Part shown: positions 62,549-64,000 of the stretch, piece after piece
Layout: each line of letters begins with the position of its first letter
Numbering within the stretch: position 1 is the first letter of the stretch
DNA from: Nitrospirales bacterium
GTDB taxonomy: Bacteria > Nitrospirota > Nitrospiria > Nitrospirales > UBA8639
NCBI GenBank assembly: GCA_965203295.1
Contig: CBDBCZ010000018.1
Coordinates: forward strand, 544,001-608,000
DNA length: 64,000 nt
Direction: 5' to 3'
Translations under genes and position numbers: made by a program
The notes under the pieces: model-generated
Told to the model about the DNA's origin: nothing
Databases searched by the model: none
The model's input: the letters and a program-made list of their open reading frames with translations, nothing else

Positions 62549-63443
62549 ATGGCAACTGCCGCACGAGATTGGTTCGTCTGCTCAGTCGCACTGTTGTGTC
62601 TGTCTGTGATTGTTGAAGGTGCTCGGTTAGAAGACTGTCCAGGGTCTATGCCGCCTGATAACTTTACAACGTAAGTACATAACGACATGCAGTGAATTGT
62701 TAGGGGGCGTGGCTACATATAAGGTAACTGAGTGCTGTTCAAAATCTTTGCGTCACTGCTCAGAGCTATGGAAAAGCGACTTCAAAAGCCTAATTAATGA
62801 TTCACCCGCCCATTTTCCTAGTGAGTTTACTTAGCAGCTGTGGGCTCAAGTATTGCAAAGATTCTGTGAAATTTTGTACACCAGGCTAGCTTGAATCTAA
62901 TCTTGTTTCATTCCTGTTTGCATTTTCTGTCAAGTTAACACCTACTGTGCACCAGTACATGTACTGAGTTTAGCAGAACACATGCATTTGTTCAGGTGTC
63001 TTTAATCTAATGACATTAGCTTCACTAGATTGGTGGGCACATTCATACTTTGTGATGTGGGTGGGAGGACAAAAAATTAACCTGCAATGTGCTTCTGCAA
63101 TTACAGCTACATTCCCGTGAAATTTTGCATGTTTGCTAGCTCCAAAATAGGAATATATAATTATAATATATAATATTTATGTATTCAGTCAGGCTGTCCA
63201 TGTCTTGCTCCAAGTACATGCATATTGCTACAGGATGTAGCTCTCGCCCAATAATATACCCAAACCGTCTATATCACAATTTTAACTGATGTATTCTTTT
63301 ACTTTTCAGAGGATTCCTTGGTTATTCAAACAGAATAATTGATGATGGGTCTTGCAATTCAACCCTATTTTGCCGTGCAATGATATCTCCTGGTGCAATT
63401 CAGCGTCGCACATGGTTTATCACAGATGTGAAGGACGAGATTG
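62549..63443 (+). CDS. First two exons of a secreted or membrane protein gene continuing beyond the window (possible Ig-like domain)
   Basis: Exon 62549-62670 (donor AC|GTAAGT, phase 2) and exon 63310-63443 (acceptor ttttcag, donor G|GTAGG) splice in frame: MATAARDWFVCSVALLCLSVIVEGARLEDCPGSMPPDNFTTGFLGYSNRIIDDGSCNSTLFCRAMISPGAIQRRTWFITDVKDEI. Signal-peptide-like N-terminus, upstream in-frame stop and CpG-rich context. Confidence 0.7.
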
Positions 63444-64000
63444 GTAGGAACATATGCACTGTGTTATTAGCTACGTAGATGTATGTGGTGGGCATAATTA
63501 CAGTAATGTACAAGTGCATAGTTTATGGCTACATTCAATTTTAGCTACTAAAGCTACTAACATTTCTCTCACTAAAAGATGATGGATAAGTACATGTGTG
63601 CATGTGTTTTGTCTGTGAGTGTGTCTGTGCAAGTGTGCACGTGAGGGCATGTCTTTGAGTCGTGTATGCATGTGTGTGTGTGTATGTGTGCATGTGTACA
63701 ACGTAGTTCAATAGTTGGCCCTTCATACGTATCTTCTTTGGTATAATTATTAGTGTGGAAAACAAGAGATTTTAATCTCCCTGTAATAATAATTTGTTCC
63801 AATGATGCCGAAAAGCTATATAGGAGCGCTGTAATGACAATTGACTAGTCCCACTGCAAGGGTTCGCTGATTCTTGTAGGGTTAGGTGATTAGCTATGCT
63901 ACTTTTTTTTTACCTGTAATTCTATTCTCCTATTCTTGAAAATGGCCCCTATTGTTCCTGAACGACTCCCTTTTATTCTCACATTATTCCCAGGTAAAAT

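Noticed and set aside
62323..62688. 121-aa minus-strand ORF
   Set aside because: Antisense shadow of the GC-rich first exon and promoter of the + strand signal-peptide gene.

Overview
This is eukaryotic, intron-rich animal DNA. Its repeat landscape resembles a demosponge or similar marine invertebrate (inference only); no prokaryotic operons, rRNA, tRNA or CRISPR are seen. Most of the window is a ~2.5-fold tandem segmental duplication carrying three minus-strand paralogs (A: ATG 15310, B: ATG 42408, C: ATG 57788) of a multi-exon gene that the ORF track does not show as a unit. Manual splicing gives an in-frame ~280-aa secreted protein: signal peptide, variable segment, one divergent CUB-like domain, NST/dibasic linker, and a probable ~85-aa helical C-terminal domain from a distal exon. 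The paralogs are recombinant mosaics with a hypervariable stretch in exon 2. Comparing paralogs gives filled and empty sites for many transposons: a young Mag-type Gypsy LTR element (26684-31227, defective, TG..TA ends, tRNA-Ser PBS), Kolobok-like TTAA elements, a hAT-type MITE, Helitron/Helentron-like elements including a 5.4-kb compound insert, Crypton-like elements, a pogo relic, a CACTG element and LINE fragments. Also present are 470-bp, 17-bp and 4-bp tandem repeats, a spliced pseudogene with a DUF927/Cch-like P-loop NTPase (20928-23855), and the first two exons of a divergently transcribed secreted or membrane protein gene (62549-63443, +).
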